64,000 nt of DNA from Lytechinus pictus (taxonomy: Eukaryota). The notes under the pieces are model-generated. The model was not told where the DNA came from and did not search any database. It saw only the letters and a program-made list of their open reading frames with translations. The stretch is from NCBI RefSeq assembly GCF_037042905.1, contig NC_087246.1, forward strand, positions 1 to 64,000, given 5' to 3'. Below are positions 38,735 to 50,701 of the stretch, piece after piece. The translations under genes and the position numbers were made by a program. Positions within the stretch are counted from its first letter, which is position 1, and every line of letters begins with the position of its first letter.

Positions 38735-39989
38735 TGATAGTACCCATAGTATGCTATGATTTGAAGGTTCCTTTTTTTGGCAGGAATGATAGTACTCATA
38801 ATATGTTATGATCTGAAGGTTCCTTTGTTTGGCAGGAATGATAGTACTTATGATATGTTATGATTGGAAGGTTCCTTTGTTTGGCAGGAATGAAAGAACC
38901 CATAATATGTTATGATTTTAAGGTTCCTTTGTTTGGCAGGAATGATAGTACCTATGATATGTTATGATTGGAAGGTTCATTTGTTTGGCAGGAATGATAG
39001 TACCCATAATATGTTATGATTTTAAGGTTCCTTTGTTTGGCAGGAATGATAGTACCCATAATATGTTATGATTGGAAGGTTCATTTGTTTGGCAGGAATG
39101 ATAGTACATTGTACCTATGATATGTTATGATTGGAAGGTTCCTTTGTTTGGCAGGAATGAAAGAACCCATAATATGTTATGATTTTAAGGTTCCTTTGTT
39201 TGGCAGGAATGATAGTACCCATAATATGTTATGATTGGAAGGTTCATTTGTTTGGCAGGAATGATAGTACCCATAATATGTTATGATTTTAAGGTTCCTT
39301 TGTTTGGCAGGAATGATAGTACCCATAATATGTTATGATTTTAAGGTTCCTTTGTTTGGCAGGAATGATAGTACCTATGATATGTTATGATTGGAAGGTT
39401 CCTTTGTTTGGCAGGAATGATAGTACCCATAATATGTTATGATTTTAAGGTTCCTTTGTTTGGCAGGAATGATAGTACCCATAATATGTTATGATTAGAA
39501 GGTTCCTTTGTTTGGCAGGAATGATAGTACCTATGATATGTTATGATTGGAAGGTTCCTTTGTTTGGCAGGAATGAAAGAACCTATAATATGTTATGATT
39601 GGAAGGTTCCTTTGTTTGGCAGGAATGATAGCACCCATAATATGTTATGATTGGAAGGTTCCTTTGTTTGGCAGGAATGATAGTACCTATGATATGTTAT
39701 GATTTTAAGGTTCCTTTGTTTGGCAGGAATGATAGAACCCATAATATGTTATGATTTTAAGGTTCCTTTGTTTAGCAGGAATGATAGTACCTATGATATG
39801 TTATGATTTTAAGGTTCATTTGTTTGGCAGGAATGATAGTACCTATGATATGTTATGATTGGAAGGTTCATTTGTTTGGCAGGAATGATAGTACCCATAA
39901 TATGTTATGATTGGAAGGTTCATTTGTTTGGCAGGAATGATAGTACCTATGATATGTTATGATTGGAAGGTTCATTTGTTTGGCAGGAA
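38735..39989 (+). repeat. 52-bp minisatellite, 24 units; the last unit supplies the exon 4 acceptor
   Basis: Unit gaatgatagtacccataatatgttatgattggaaggttcctttgtttggcag; CAG ends counted from 38783 to 39986. Confidence 0.97.
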
Positions 39990-40219
39990 ATATGCAGAGA
40001 AACAAAAGAAGCTTCTAGAAGAACAAAGGAAGAAAGAGGATCAGGAGAGGAAAGAACGTTATAGAGAAGAACAGAAGAGAAAATTGAAAGAATTTTCATC
40101 AGGCGGCAGATCTTCTATTGGATCTAAGAGCCTTGATATGGGAGATCTATTGTCAAAGAGTTTAATGACATCACAACAAACCAGCATTGTTCAAACTCAA
40201 GGAATGCACTATCAACATG
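39987..40219 (+). CDS. SYNRG: Synergin gamma exon 4 (coiled coil)
   Basis: ggcag|G AAA TAT...CATG|gtaatt; KYAEKQKKLLEEQRKKEDQERKERYREEQKRKLKEFSS resembles vertebrate QQKLLEEERKRRQFEEQKQKLRLLSS; phase 2 to 1. Confidence 0.9.
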
Positions 40220-41204
40220 GTAATTCATTTATCTTTTTAACTTGTGAGTCTTAAACATGTATACTATTCACCTTAAGACTGTTCTCTTCTTCAGATTTTA
40301 CTCTTTTTAAAGGTATCATGAATCAGCAGAAATAAGTAAGAAAATAAAAATAAATAAATAACCCAAAACAAAACCATTGGTGGTATTCAGAGATTCATTT
40401 TATCTCATATAAAATAAGATATTTTATCTAGAAAATCAGTAAAATAAAGGACCCTTCTTTAAAAATTGGTGTTCTGAGAAAGCATTTTTTATTCATTTTA
40501 TCTTTTTAAAGCGCACCCTATTTATAAAGCAATATTATGAGAAAGGTTGCACCGTCATCTTATTCAACCAATGAAAGTCCTTTCCAGAAGTAGGTGGGAT
40601 AGAGTGAGAATGCATCTACATGTATTTCATATCATCCAAATGTGCTTGCATCATTCAGTGTGTCCCTCAAAAGAGGAAACTCAAAGATAGATTTCACACT
40701 TCATATGCTTTTACTATTAATTTGATACTTTTGGTAGGTGTGGAATTTCATCTTTAATTTGAGACCAACAGCTTCATTCATGGCAGCTACAAACAATAAA
40801 TATTGAGGCATATTAGAAGAAATTTGCGCAAAAACTGTTGTGTGAATCTGAATCCACTCTCATTTCAAGGATTAGTGAGAGAAACTTATGAAAGAATATA
40901 TCATAAAGAAATTCTAATGAGCAAGATCGTATCATGAACCAATCTTGTCAAATTTTTCTGTGCAGTCTGATTTTGACATTGAAATTTCAAACTCGTCTTG
41001 CTCATAAATGTGTGAAGTATTCGACTATTAAAAGGCCAACGCACACCTCATGACTGGCCCACAATCCGAGTTTGGAACAAATCGTATTTTGCTCATTTTC
41101 TGAAAAAGTGAATGAAAAGTATCTTACTAAATAGGTTCATTATTGCGGAATGAAATAATCGCTAGAGGGTATTCATTTGTCTTGCAATCTACTATGGTCA
41201 ACAA

Positions 41205-41985
41205 GGAAATTTGTGATCACTCTCGCAAAAAGTGTTCACTAGCTTTCTAGGAAATTCGTGATCACTCTCGCAAAAAGTGTTCACTAGCTTACAAGTTCAC
41301 GAGCTTTCGAGTGCCGCTGCAACTCTTTATCAAGTGACAAAAATGATCTGATACGGTAGTCAATTTATACCAATCCCCAGGACCGTACGCACGAACGCGG
41401 GAACAATCGGTGGGCACTGATCCGTTATGTGATTGGTCGGGCGTATATGCAAATAAGCCGGAGGTATATGCAAATGCGCCGCGAGTCGGCAGTATGCAAA
41501 TAAGACAAAATTGGCGGGCTCGCTAGTTTCCCGTGGGTGGGGGTTGACTAGCTGAGCGGTCCCTCGCTCGGTCGGGTCGGCGTGCACTGCCAGCTGGTAA
41601 GGGGGTATTGTGCAGTCGGATGGTTCGCATCCAGAAATTGGGGATGTCGATCCCGCTGTCTCTGTTGAAGTTGTTAGGACAAAGACGTATACTAATAGCC
41701 TCCTTAATCCTGCGTGTATACCAATGTCTTTCTTTGGCAACGCAATGTACACCCTTCCAATCTGGGTGGTGTTGCTTCTCCCAAGCATGTTCTGCCACCG
41801 CGGATGTGTTGGTTCGCTGTAACCGAACATCGCGCTTGTGTTCAGAAATGCGTTCAATTATCGGTTGGGCTGTTTCACCGATGTAAGACCCGTCACATCC
41901 CTGGCAAGGAATGTTGTATACTACGCCATCATGTCTGTGATCAGGGATGGGGTCTTTGGGGTGCACAAGTTGTTTGTGTAGGGTA
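41205..41985 (-). mobile_element. 5'-truncated Penelope-like retroelement: GIY-YIG endonuclease plus 3' pseudo-LTR
   Basis: ORF 41523-41966: HPKD...GVVYNIPCQGCDGSYIGET...RISEH...SAVAEH...RRIKEAISI...NRDSG; ~45-bp tandem duplication at the tail (41205-41290). Confidence 0.93.
41297..41337 (-). ncRNA. Minimal type I hammerhead ribozyme (U3-A8 core variant) in the Penelope pseudo-LTR
   Basis: UCAC-UUGAUAA-A-GAGU(UGCAGCGGC)ACUC-GAAA-GC-UC-GUGA: stem I UCAC/GUGA, stem II GAGU/ACUC, palindromic AGCU stem III. Confidence 0.72.
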
Positions 41986-42329
41986 TCTTATTTGAGGTTC
42001 AAATTAACTGAAAGAATGCCCAATTTTGGATAATTACCAGCCTTTATTTTGGAGTAAAGGCCTTTTAGTTTCAACATTTAGCCAATTGTACGATTGCTAT
42101 GACGTCATTAGGACTAGATATTAAATTGGCTTTTATTCTAATAAGGATGATAGCATAGTCACAGATTTGAACATAGGTATTCTAACAATAATTTAGAACA
42201 TTACACAGTAAGATATTCCATGTCTCAATATTAGCATCAAATTCTAATATATGTTTCATTCCAAACATATGGTTGCAGACCAATTGTAAGGTGTGCGGTG
42301 GCCTTAATACTAGGTATCAAAGTGCAGAG

Positions 42330-44268
42330 GGGCTATTCCACGGTTACCCACGTTACATTTGGAGACACCTTGACTCATACTTGGAGCTGTAACTCCATTA
42401 TTATTGATAGGAACTAAACATCTCTTTATCACAACAAAGTACGCAGTCTGACTATCCTTTGTATAAAAACAAAACTTGGGAAATTTTATTATGCTCCTGG
42501 CAAATCTTTGAAATGTGTCGGTTACTCATGTTACATGATTTGGACATGCATAAAATGAAAAGTCGACATAAGTGAAAAGTGTCCTCGTACAAGGCTTAAA
42601 TGAAAGTTGATTATATCCATTTCAAAGAAGTATATTAGGGAGACAAACTTTGTATATAATTAAAAAAAATAAAGAACATATGGTTTTTACTAGGGGTGCA
42701 GATAAAGTGGTTACTCACGTTACGGTTTATACTCACGTTACATTTTGTCCATGTATGGTCAACAACATAAATGTCACTAAAAATTCAATAATGTGCATTG
42801 TAAGATTCATGTTTCTGTTTCTGTAAATATATTAGTAGGATTTCAGACACCAGTTATGTTTAAAGGTAATATTCTGAATAAGTTTCCTCCTCTCTTTTAC
42901 TTATGGGTCAGTATATTGGTAATGTATTCACTAAACTGTACGAGATCTGGCTTGGGCTGTGTACATGTAAATCAAAAAATGTAAAACAAATGCATTCCAT
43001 TTCTTGCCTCAAGAATGACTGTCAAAGTAAAAATGAGATCCCGCTACATGTACATCAAGTTGGTAAATGAAAAAAAAACTAGAAACTGATCAACCTATCA
43101 CACCATCATATCAGGATTATATATGGAGCAGATTCTATGGGTAAGGGTACCAGAATTTTTTTAATGGAATTTAGCAATAAAGCAGGCTGTAGGCAAAGAT
43201 AAAAGGATATGGATGGAATGGAGTTTTGCTAGAGGGGTAAACGCAGAGACAAAAGAATGTAGTCACATCCATTGATTTGGAGATGCCCCTTTGTCCTACC
43301 TACCTGATACCCAGCATATCCTGCCCTTTATCTCTTTCACCGTCTTTGAAACTGATCCTGACCATGGCCTTTCTTCTTACCGCCCTGATTTTTGATGGCA
43401 CAGTGGTATACATGTAATCCACTTAAAGGGCATTCAATGTATTGTTCAAACTCTCTTTAAAGTTTGGTTTATCTAATTTTTGAGTCTTACTAATGCGCTC
43501 TCCCATTGTGAATACTTCTATTCAATTTTTTGTGTGATTGTATGACCACTGATATTTTGATGAAAAAAGAGTCACATCAAAGAGGTGTACCTTCATTTTG
43601 CTTTTATTCAACCAAAAATAACTTCACAACTCACCATGAGACTTAAAACTTGACATCCCACAGAAAATGTTACCTAACTTCATAATTTTTACTGGTTACT
43701 CACGTTACATGATGGTTACTCACGTCACACAATTACTCATGTTACAGTTTTTCTTCATCATTTTTATAAAAATTTGTATTTTTTAATGATTTTGATAGTC
43801 ATCACTGTGTCAAAGGTTGTTTAAAGGAAGAGAATTTAAAATCCCACCAATTAACTGTGAAGAATTTTTCTCTCAGTCATTTTTTTTCGGTTACTCACGT
43901 TACATCACCTGAGCGAGTTACAATATTTATTTTCGAATGAGTACTACAAATTTACTTGAAAAGCTGTTGTGTATTTTAAGTAATTTGACTCTTCTAAACT
44001 TCAGAAATATATAAAGTGGTATGATGTTGCAATAACAAAATGGTAATAAGGCATGTGTATTTCATTTTTCACTATTTTTCTTGTATTTTGGTACAGAATG
44101 GAAGACACAACTTTCAACCATTTTTTTCCAAAGTATACATATGAAAATAAACTTTTTATTTTTTGTTCCTGAAACAAGCATGTATGAAGGACTAAGAGTA
44201 TTTAAAAATTCAAGAAAATATTGAATTTGAATTTTTAAGCTCATGTCCACCAACCTATGGAATTGCCC
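42330..44268. mobile_element. Non-autonomous DNA transposon, Sola2-like
   Basis: Termini gggctattcca / tggaattgccc; 4-bp TSD AGAG; repeated internal ggttactcacgttac motifs. Confidence 0.7.
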
Positions 44269-44995
44269 AGAGGAGTGATTTAATTGTATGATGTCAATAC
44301 AATAAATTTGCCTTTGAAGAAAGACATGGGTATCCCAGTTTTCTTCTTTCTGGAACGCACTATACACTAGTGTGTCTGTAGAAGGATTTATTTGAAAATA
44401 ATGAACAAGTCTCTGAACTTTTGTTAGATGTCAGTATCACATCTGCTGAATGCATCACTTCAAAAACCATATAAAGTCAACAAAAGTCTTTTCAAATATT
44501 TCATCAATCTGCATGAATAATGTTTTTACTATCCAATGATTATACCAATTTTGTCTCACCTGCATTAGATTGTGTAATGCAGAGGCATTTCACTTGTTCT
44601 TTATTTTCATGTCTACATTTGGAGCCAATTCACATGCAAATAGTAAAGAGACAAAATTGCCCCCACCCTATTTTAAGTTTATTTTTATTCTTCAAATTAA
44701 AATGGCTGCAAACAGATCAACTGCATTGCAATGACATACATGATGGATATGTCTACTTAGGTGATGCTGTACAGCCTATCATCCTATAAATTTATGTGGG
44801 ATAAGTATTTCAAATTTTATCTGAAGGAAAAAATGATCTCAGAATACCAATTTCATTTTCAAAAATAAAATGAAAATTTTTAAAGATAAAATAGCCTCAG
44901 ATTACTGTTTCATCAAGTAAATTATTATTTTTTTTTTATTTATTCTATATAATGTATATTTGTAGCATGTATGGTTGTATTATTTGTAATTGCAG

Positions 44996-45211
44996 GTATG
45001 TCTTTGCAATCAGTTAGTTTTATACCGCAAGGTCAAGTGACTCCTGGGCTAGGTGTTGCCCAACAACAGACTTCTTCAGTAACAATGACACATTCTCAGA
45101 GTATGGATGGTGGATTTAGTGGTTTTCAGAAGGCTGTACCATTGACATCTAGTGTGCAACAGGGCAAAGAAGAGGACTTTGGTGACTTTTTACATGCCCC
45201 TTCAGATTCAG
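44996..45211 (+). CDS. SYNRG: Synergin gamma exon 5 (contains EEDFGDF; 216 nt, phase 1-1)
   Basis: ttgcag|GTATG...TTCAG|gtaact; DFGDF is an AP-1 gamma-ear/GGA binding type motif. Confidence 0.85.
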
Positions 45212-45754
45212 GTAACTTGATAATGGATATATTATTATGGTGGTGTTTCATCCTGAGATTGAAATAAATTAGTCAAGTAGATGAAATCAGAATTATGGCA
45301 TGACTGTCAAGTTGGCTATGTATGCTATTGTTTTTTGGCTGAAAGTGGTAATTTAGGGTACACAAATATGACAGGCACCACCTTTGCACATGTGAGCAAT
45401 TATTATTTAATGGACGTGATAAGCCATGCCTGTATTTTCATCTTAATTATGACTTTTCTATTTTATGAAATAAACCTATCATGTTAGGTATTAAATTAAA
45501 GCTAATGGAAAATCGAATGGAAAAATAAGAGATATTTAGTAAAGATCAATTAGGCTCATAATAGGTTGACTGGGTAATCTGGTGCCTAAAATCTCCAACA
45601 AACAAGTTGTATGCATATTTTGCTGACAGTTGTGTAGTGAGATTAATCTTTCTAGTGCCAACTTTGCACCCTTTGTCATTCCTTTTTTTCAGATATCAAG
45701 AACCACACTTTCATAGAGGCCTTACCTCTCAGTTATGATGGAATATGACCTATA

Positions 45755-46270
45755 CAGTGCATCCCACAAAAAAGGAAACCTGTTTTCAAAGATAGATTTC
45801 ACAGTTATTGTTTTAATATAAATTTGATACTCATGGCAAAAGTGGAATGTCATCTCTCATATGAAACCAACATCTTAGCAAATTGTTCGTGCATGGCAGA
45901 TTGCAAACAATAAATATTGAGGCATATCAGAAACGATTCGTGCAGAAACTTACGTGTGAATCTGAATCCACTTTCATTTCAGGGATCAGTGAGAGAAGCT
46001 TTACAAAGAATACAAAAGAAATGCTAATGAGCCAATAGTCGAATATGCACGGGCATCGTATCATAAACCAATTTTTCTGCGCAACCTGGTTTTGACAAAT
46101 TTTCAAATTTGTCTTGATCATTAATGCGTGAAGTGTTCGTCTCATATTAGGTATCAAAATAAAGAACAATAATTAAATTATCTATAAATGTAAATGAAAT
46201 ATCATAATTTATTTGCCTCTGAATTAAAAAGACATGGGAATCCCAGTTTCCTTTTTTCTGGAACGCACTG
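45755..46270. mobile_element. Tc1/mariner-type MITE; uninterrupted relative of the split copy at ~40657-44362
   Basis: TA|cagtgcatcccacaaaaaaggaaac...gtttccttttttctggaacgcactg|TA. Confidence 0.8.
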
Positions 46271-46924
46271 TATAGTTCAGAGAATAAAAGTATCATGCTT
46301 GGTATCAAATTATTAAAAGCTTATGGCGTATTAAGGACATTCCACCCTTGAAATTAAATCTATTTATTTTCCTAAATATGCAAAACATAAACGTGGGTTC
46401 ATGTGTTTGATTGTTGGCTATGAAGCTTTCAAGTTCACCCATTTGGATGTTCTTGAGAATTGCGCATTCAACATATTTTGGCATTTTAAGACCACACGGG
46501 AACACTATGTTGAATTTAAATCTCTGGTACTCAGTCAAGATTCATGTAAAAATTTACAATATTTTACAGAATAGTTGAGAATTGAGTACTTAAGATGGAG
46601 AATCCATTCATATTGTTATTTATTTGCTATTTCAAGGCTAGCAGCATCTTTAATTCTTAAAAAATTTATGAAAACTGATAAAAACTTATCTTGAAAAATT
46701 GAAATTTCTATAACAAATTTGAGAAAGATAATAAATGCTGCACTATATTTAAAACCTATGTCATTTTCCCCAGAGTTGTAGAGGAAGGTATAGTTAAGAG
46801 TTCTGGCAGGTTCATCTAAAGAGATCGATTACCTTTCCAATGTTGCCTTAGGGTTTTGATGGATATTCCTGCATACCCCGATACAGTCCTGTTTGCACCA
46901 TTTATCAGATATAAATCTTTTACT

Positions 46925-47335
46925 GGAAATTTGTGAAAATTGTAAAGTTGAAAACTCACAATTCTCTGTAGTCACGACGTTTCATCAACCGCTGTTGGCT
47001 TCATCAGGCAAATGAAACACCAGCATGTCTTTCCAAGTGAATCTGCGTCCAGATCAGTAACTTGGTTCCCCAGGGATGGGAAGTTATTCATGTGAGAGAC
47101 AGCTTTGAACTTTCTTTAGAATCTCATCCCAGACGCGTGATAGTGGAAACCGTAAACCACTTCTTTGATTTAAAGTCGGCTTTCCACCCTCTCCAAAAAT
47201 GGCTTCCTTCACCCCTCTCTCGAACCACCTGCTTTCTCTGTCCAAGATCACTACATCCTTGTTTTTAAAGGAGTGTCCTGTGGCATTGAGGTGGGTGTAC
47301 ACAGCTGATTCAGGTATGGCTGCGAAACCAGGATG
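46925..47335 (-). mobile_element. Second Penelope-like remnant (end of GIY-YIG region plus pseudo-LTR)
   Basis: ORF 47084-47302: HLNATGHSF...ILDRESRWFERGVKEAIF...LNQRSGLRFPLSRVWDEIL. Confidence 0.85.
46972..47011 (-). ncRNA. Minimal type I hammerhead ribozyme (canonical CUGAUGA core), partly decayed
   Basis: UUGC-CUGAUGA-A-GCCAAC(AGCG)GUUGAU-GAAA-CG-UC-GUGA; palindromic ACGU stem III; one stem II mismatch; G-U-rich stem I. Confidence 0.7.
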
Positions 47336-47640
47336 ACATCAATTGTTGGCTTTATATGTGATTTAATGCAAAGAAGCCATTTTTCCTGACAACATATACA
47401 TACTGGTGATCTTCATAACCCTGCTGCCCAACTGTCTATGAGTGAGTGCAGATGGAAATAAAACTATTGGCATTAAAGCTTCAGCTTTTAAGGTAGGGCC
47501 TATACATATGAGACAAATGATTTTAACCTATTGACTATCCTTTCCTATCCTTCCGAGCCCCAAATTTAATACATAGTTTATGTTATCTAACACTGCAAAT
47601 ATTATTCAAAAGGATTTTTCTTTACTTTCACTCATATTAG

Positions 47641-47814
47641 GGTCTGTGGTTACCCAACCAGGACAAATAGCTCATGAGCCTAAAGTAGAGACACAATTAT
47701 CAGAAGCTGATGATGAAAGCTTTGGAGATTTCCTTGGAGGAAATGATGCCTCACAGAGTGAACAACATCCTGATAAGATTCAAATTGAAATCCATTCACA
47801 TTTAAAATCAAAAG
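47641..47814 (+). CDS. SYNRG: Synergin gamma exon 6 (contains DDESFGDF; 174 nt, phase 1-1)
   Basis: tattag|GG...AAAAG|gtatgc; open frame. Confidence 0.85.
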
Positions 47815-48562
47815 GTATGCTTCTTACCATATGATTTCAGTTTGATATTTGAAATAACATCATTGATAGAGTTGATAAGAATCCACATGTCCAACTTGGT
47901 ATTTGCAATTTGGAAATTAATTTTTGTCTCGCCTGCATTTTCCAACAGTGACATCTGCATTGTCAGCATTGAACTCTTAACCAAGGTTAAGTTTTTGAAA
48001 TGTAATCAAGTATCACTGAACATCTTGTCCAAATTTCTAATCACGTGACTATAAGGTCAAATGTCATTTGACCATATTGGGTGAATCAACATTAAAATCA
48101 TAACTGAGGTTAAGTTTTATATGGATGTAGTTCATGAAATGTGGAAGTACATTTACATGTAAGGGTCTTCAAGTATGAATGATCAACATGCATCAGTCTG
48201 AGGCCACACGATCAATTCAAAAGGTCATTTAGGGTCAATGAAAATAGTATTTTGATCATGCGAACAGTATTTTTTTATGAATAATTATACATCTTAGCAC
48301 TGCTGCTATATTGAAATGCCCAATGCAGGTGAGACTACCAGAGGCGTTCCACTTGTTTATTGTTTAAGTCAATATTGTAGCATACAGATATCGATTCAGT
48401 ATTTTAACTTAGTTGATCTTCTTTCGTATGCAGGAGTCACAATATAATCAAATGGAAATCAAAGCATTTTTTCACAGATTTTTGTGTGTTCTGTCTCAAA
48501 GCATTCTTATGTATGAGAATGCTACACTCAAATTTAAATTGTATAACAAAAAAATGATTCAT

Positions 48563-49435
48563 TTTTGTCTCACCTGCATAGCAGAGCAAGACTATAGGCA
48601 CCACTTTTCCGACGGTGGCGTCAACATCAAATCTTAACTTAAGGTTAACTTTTGAAATGACATCATAACTTAGAGAAAGTATATGGACCTAGTTCATGAA
48701 ACTTAGACATAAGGGTAATCAAGTATTGCTGGACATCCTGCCTTGGTTTCAGGTCACTTGACTGAGGTCAAAGGTCATTTAGGGTCAATGAACTTAGACT
48801 ATGTCGGAGGAATCCATATCGAAATCTTAACCTTAGGGTAAGTTTTTTAAATGACATCTTTACTTAGAAAGTATATGGACCTAGTTCATGAAGCTTACAC
48901 ATAAGGGTAATGAAGTATTACTCAACATACTGCCTGAGTTTCAGATCACATGACCAAGGTCAAAGGTCATTTAGGATCAATGAACTTTGGCCATGTTGGG
49001 GTATTTGTTGAATTACCATCATAAATATGAAATGTTATGGATCCACTTCATAAATGGACTTAAGAGTAATCAAGTATTGGTCACTGAACATCCTGTGCAA
49101 GTTTCAGGTCACATGAACAAGGTCGAAGCTCATTTGAGGTCGAAGTTTGGCCATGTTGTGGGTAATTTTTGAATTGCCATCATAACTTTGAAAGTTTATG
49201 GATGTAGTTAATCAAATGTGGACATAGGGGGTAATCCAGTATCATTGCTTATCTTGCACAAGTCTTAGGTCATTTGATCAAAGTCAAATGTCATTTAGGG
49301 TCAATGAATGTAGTATATCATGATATTAATGGTGTTTTTTGTGAATAAGTATTTTATAGTCATTTTCAAAGTCAGCACTGCTGCTATATTGAATCGTGTG
49401 ATGCAGGCGAGACTTCCAGAGGCTCTTTACTTATT
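48563..49435 (+). mobile_element. HINE/DINE-like element, most complete copy; relatives at ~34362-34480, 35243-35600, 47921-48357, 50500-50580, 51968-52418 and 61733-62553
   Basis: Subterminal inverted repeat gtctcacctgcat / atgcaggcgagac; T-rich ends; 3-4 tandem ~165-190 bp cores containing aggtcaaaggtcatttagggtca. Confidence 0.7.
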
Positions 49436-50077
49436 TTTAATTACATCGCACACAATGTACAGTGTGTCATATTAAAGATAAATCATCACCAGTATAATAT
49501 ACACCTGAAAGTCATGTTTCATAACTAGCTATTAATCACTCTAATTATGAGAAATGCACTATAGGTTGAGAACCAAGATCAGTCAGACCAAGAGCAGAAT
49601 AAGTCATTCAGATACATTGTGAAATATTATTTTGGTTTATTCCCCAAATGACTGTATCATTACTTGTCCAAAATCATCTTAATTTAATATATTTGAATGG
49701 GATAAAACATTGAATTAGGGTTTTAAAAAGGTATTAGTAATTCAATAACCTACTTGTAGGCTAAATTGAAATCATGAAATGCCTATTTCATTTATAACAT
49801 TGATTGTTTGTAATCATCAAAAGTAAAAAAAAAAATTTTGCTTCTTTCATGAAAGTTTACTGAAAATGCTATTCATAATTTTACTGGACTTGTACATGAA
49901 ATTATGCTATTCAGCAATATCTTGTCACTTTTGTTACCACTTTTTTATATATATATGGCAATCAGATTGAAATTTCCCTTCAAATCTCTTTTAAATTTAA
50001 TTTATCTTTTATGCTATATTTACCATGTTGATGAAATGGATTTGAACATGATATCCAAACTTTTATTTCATCATCAG

Positions 50078-50378
50078 GATCATCATTAGAGAACATGATG
50101 ATGCAGGCAACAGACCTCTCTGAATCTAAGAAAGAGCGTAAACGATTCAACCAAAAACCGTCACTCAATGAAGTAAAAAGTTCTACAACTTTTGGGCCAA
50201 AGTCAGTAACCAGTTTCACATCAAGTAACAAATCTAGGTCATGGCAACATGAGAGTGAGGACCTGTCAACACTATTTACCCTCCCCACTCCTGCCCAAAG
50301 TGGTGCAATAGGACAGGGTGATGTACATGTAGGAGAAGCAGTACCTCAGCAACAGACTCCTAGACAGCTTCCAGCTTG
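50078..50378 (+). CDS. SYNRG: Synergin gamma exon 7
   Basis: catcag|GA TCA...GCT TG|gttagt; ends PRQLPAW (vertebrate PRMPPW, just before the EH domain); phase 1 to 2. Confidence 0.88.
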
Positions 50379-50701
50379 GTTAGTTTGAAAGAATAAGGGT
50401 TTCATTCTATTTACCATAGAAAGTTAATATTTTGTTTTATTATGGGTCCTTATTAATGGGAGACCTGCTTTTTGGACGTGAGCAAGTGTCTCTGATCATC
50501 TGGCATAATCTGGAATAAGATGCAGGTCATTTTATAAAGGTCAATGGTTATTCAGGGTCAATGAACCTCACCCATGTTGCAGAGATGCCAAGCGTTCTGG
50601 GTTGCCTCGTAGTTAATACGCTTGTATAGGTCTTGTTCCTCGGACACAGAAACAAAGAGAGTGTTATGGCCAATGATATCTTCAATACATTATAAATTAA
50701 C

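Larger units (their letters stand above)
41033..42304. mobile_element. PIF/Harbinger-like MITE interrupted by the Penelope fragment
   Basis: TIRs aggccaacgcacacct / aggtgtgcggtggcct followed by TAA. Confidence 0.65.

Noticed and set aside
38735..39989. 52-bp array as a CRISPR array or coding repeat; N-terminal part of ORF 39907-40254
   Set aside because: No spacers, unit length not a multiple of 3, stops present; coding sequence starts at the 39987 acceptor.
41360..41995. Overlapping ORFs of 165, 92, 70 and 93 aa
   Set aside because: Alternative or antisense frames of the Penelope GIY-YIG fragment.
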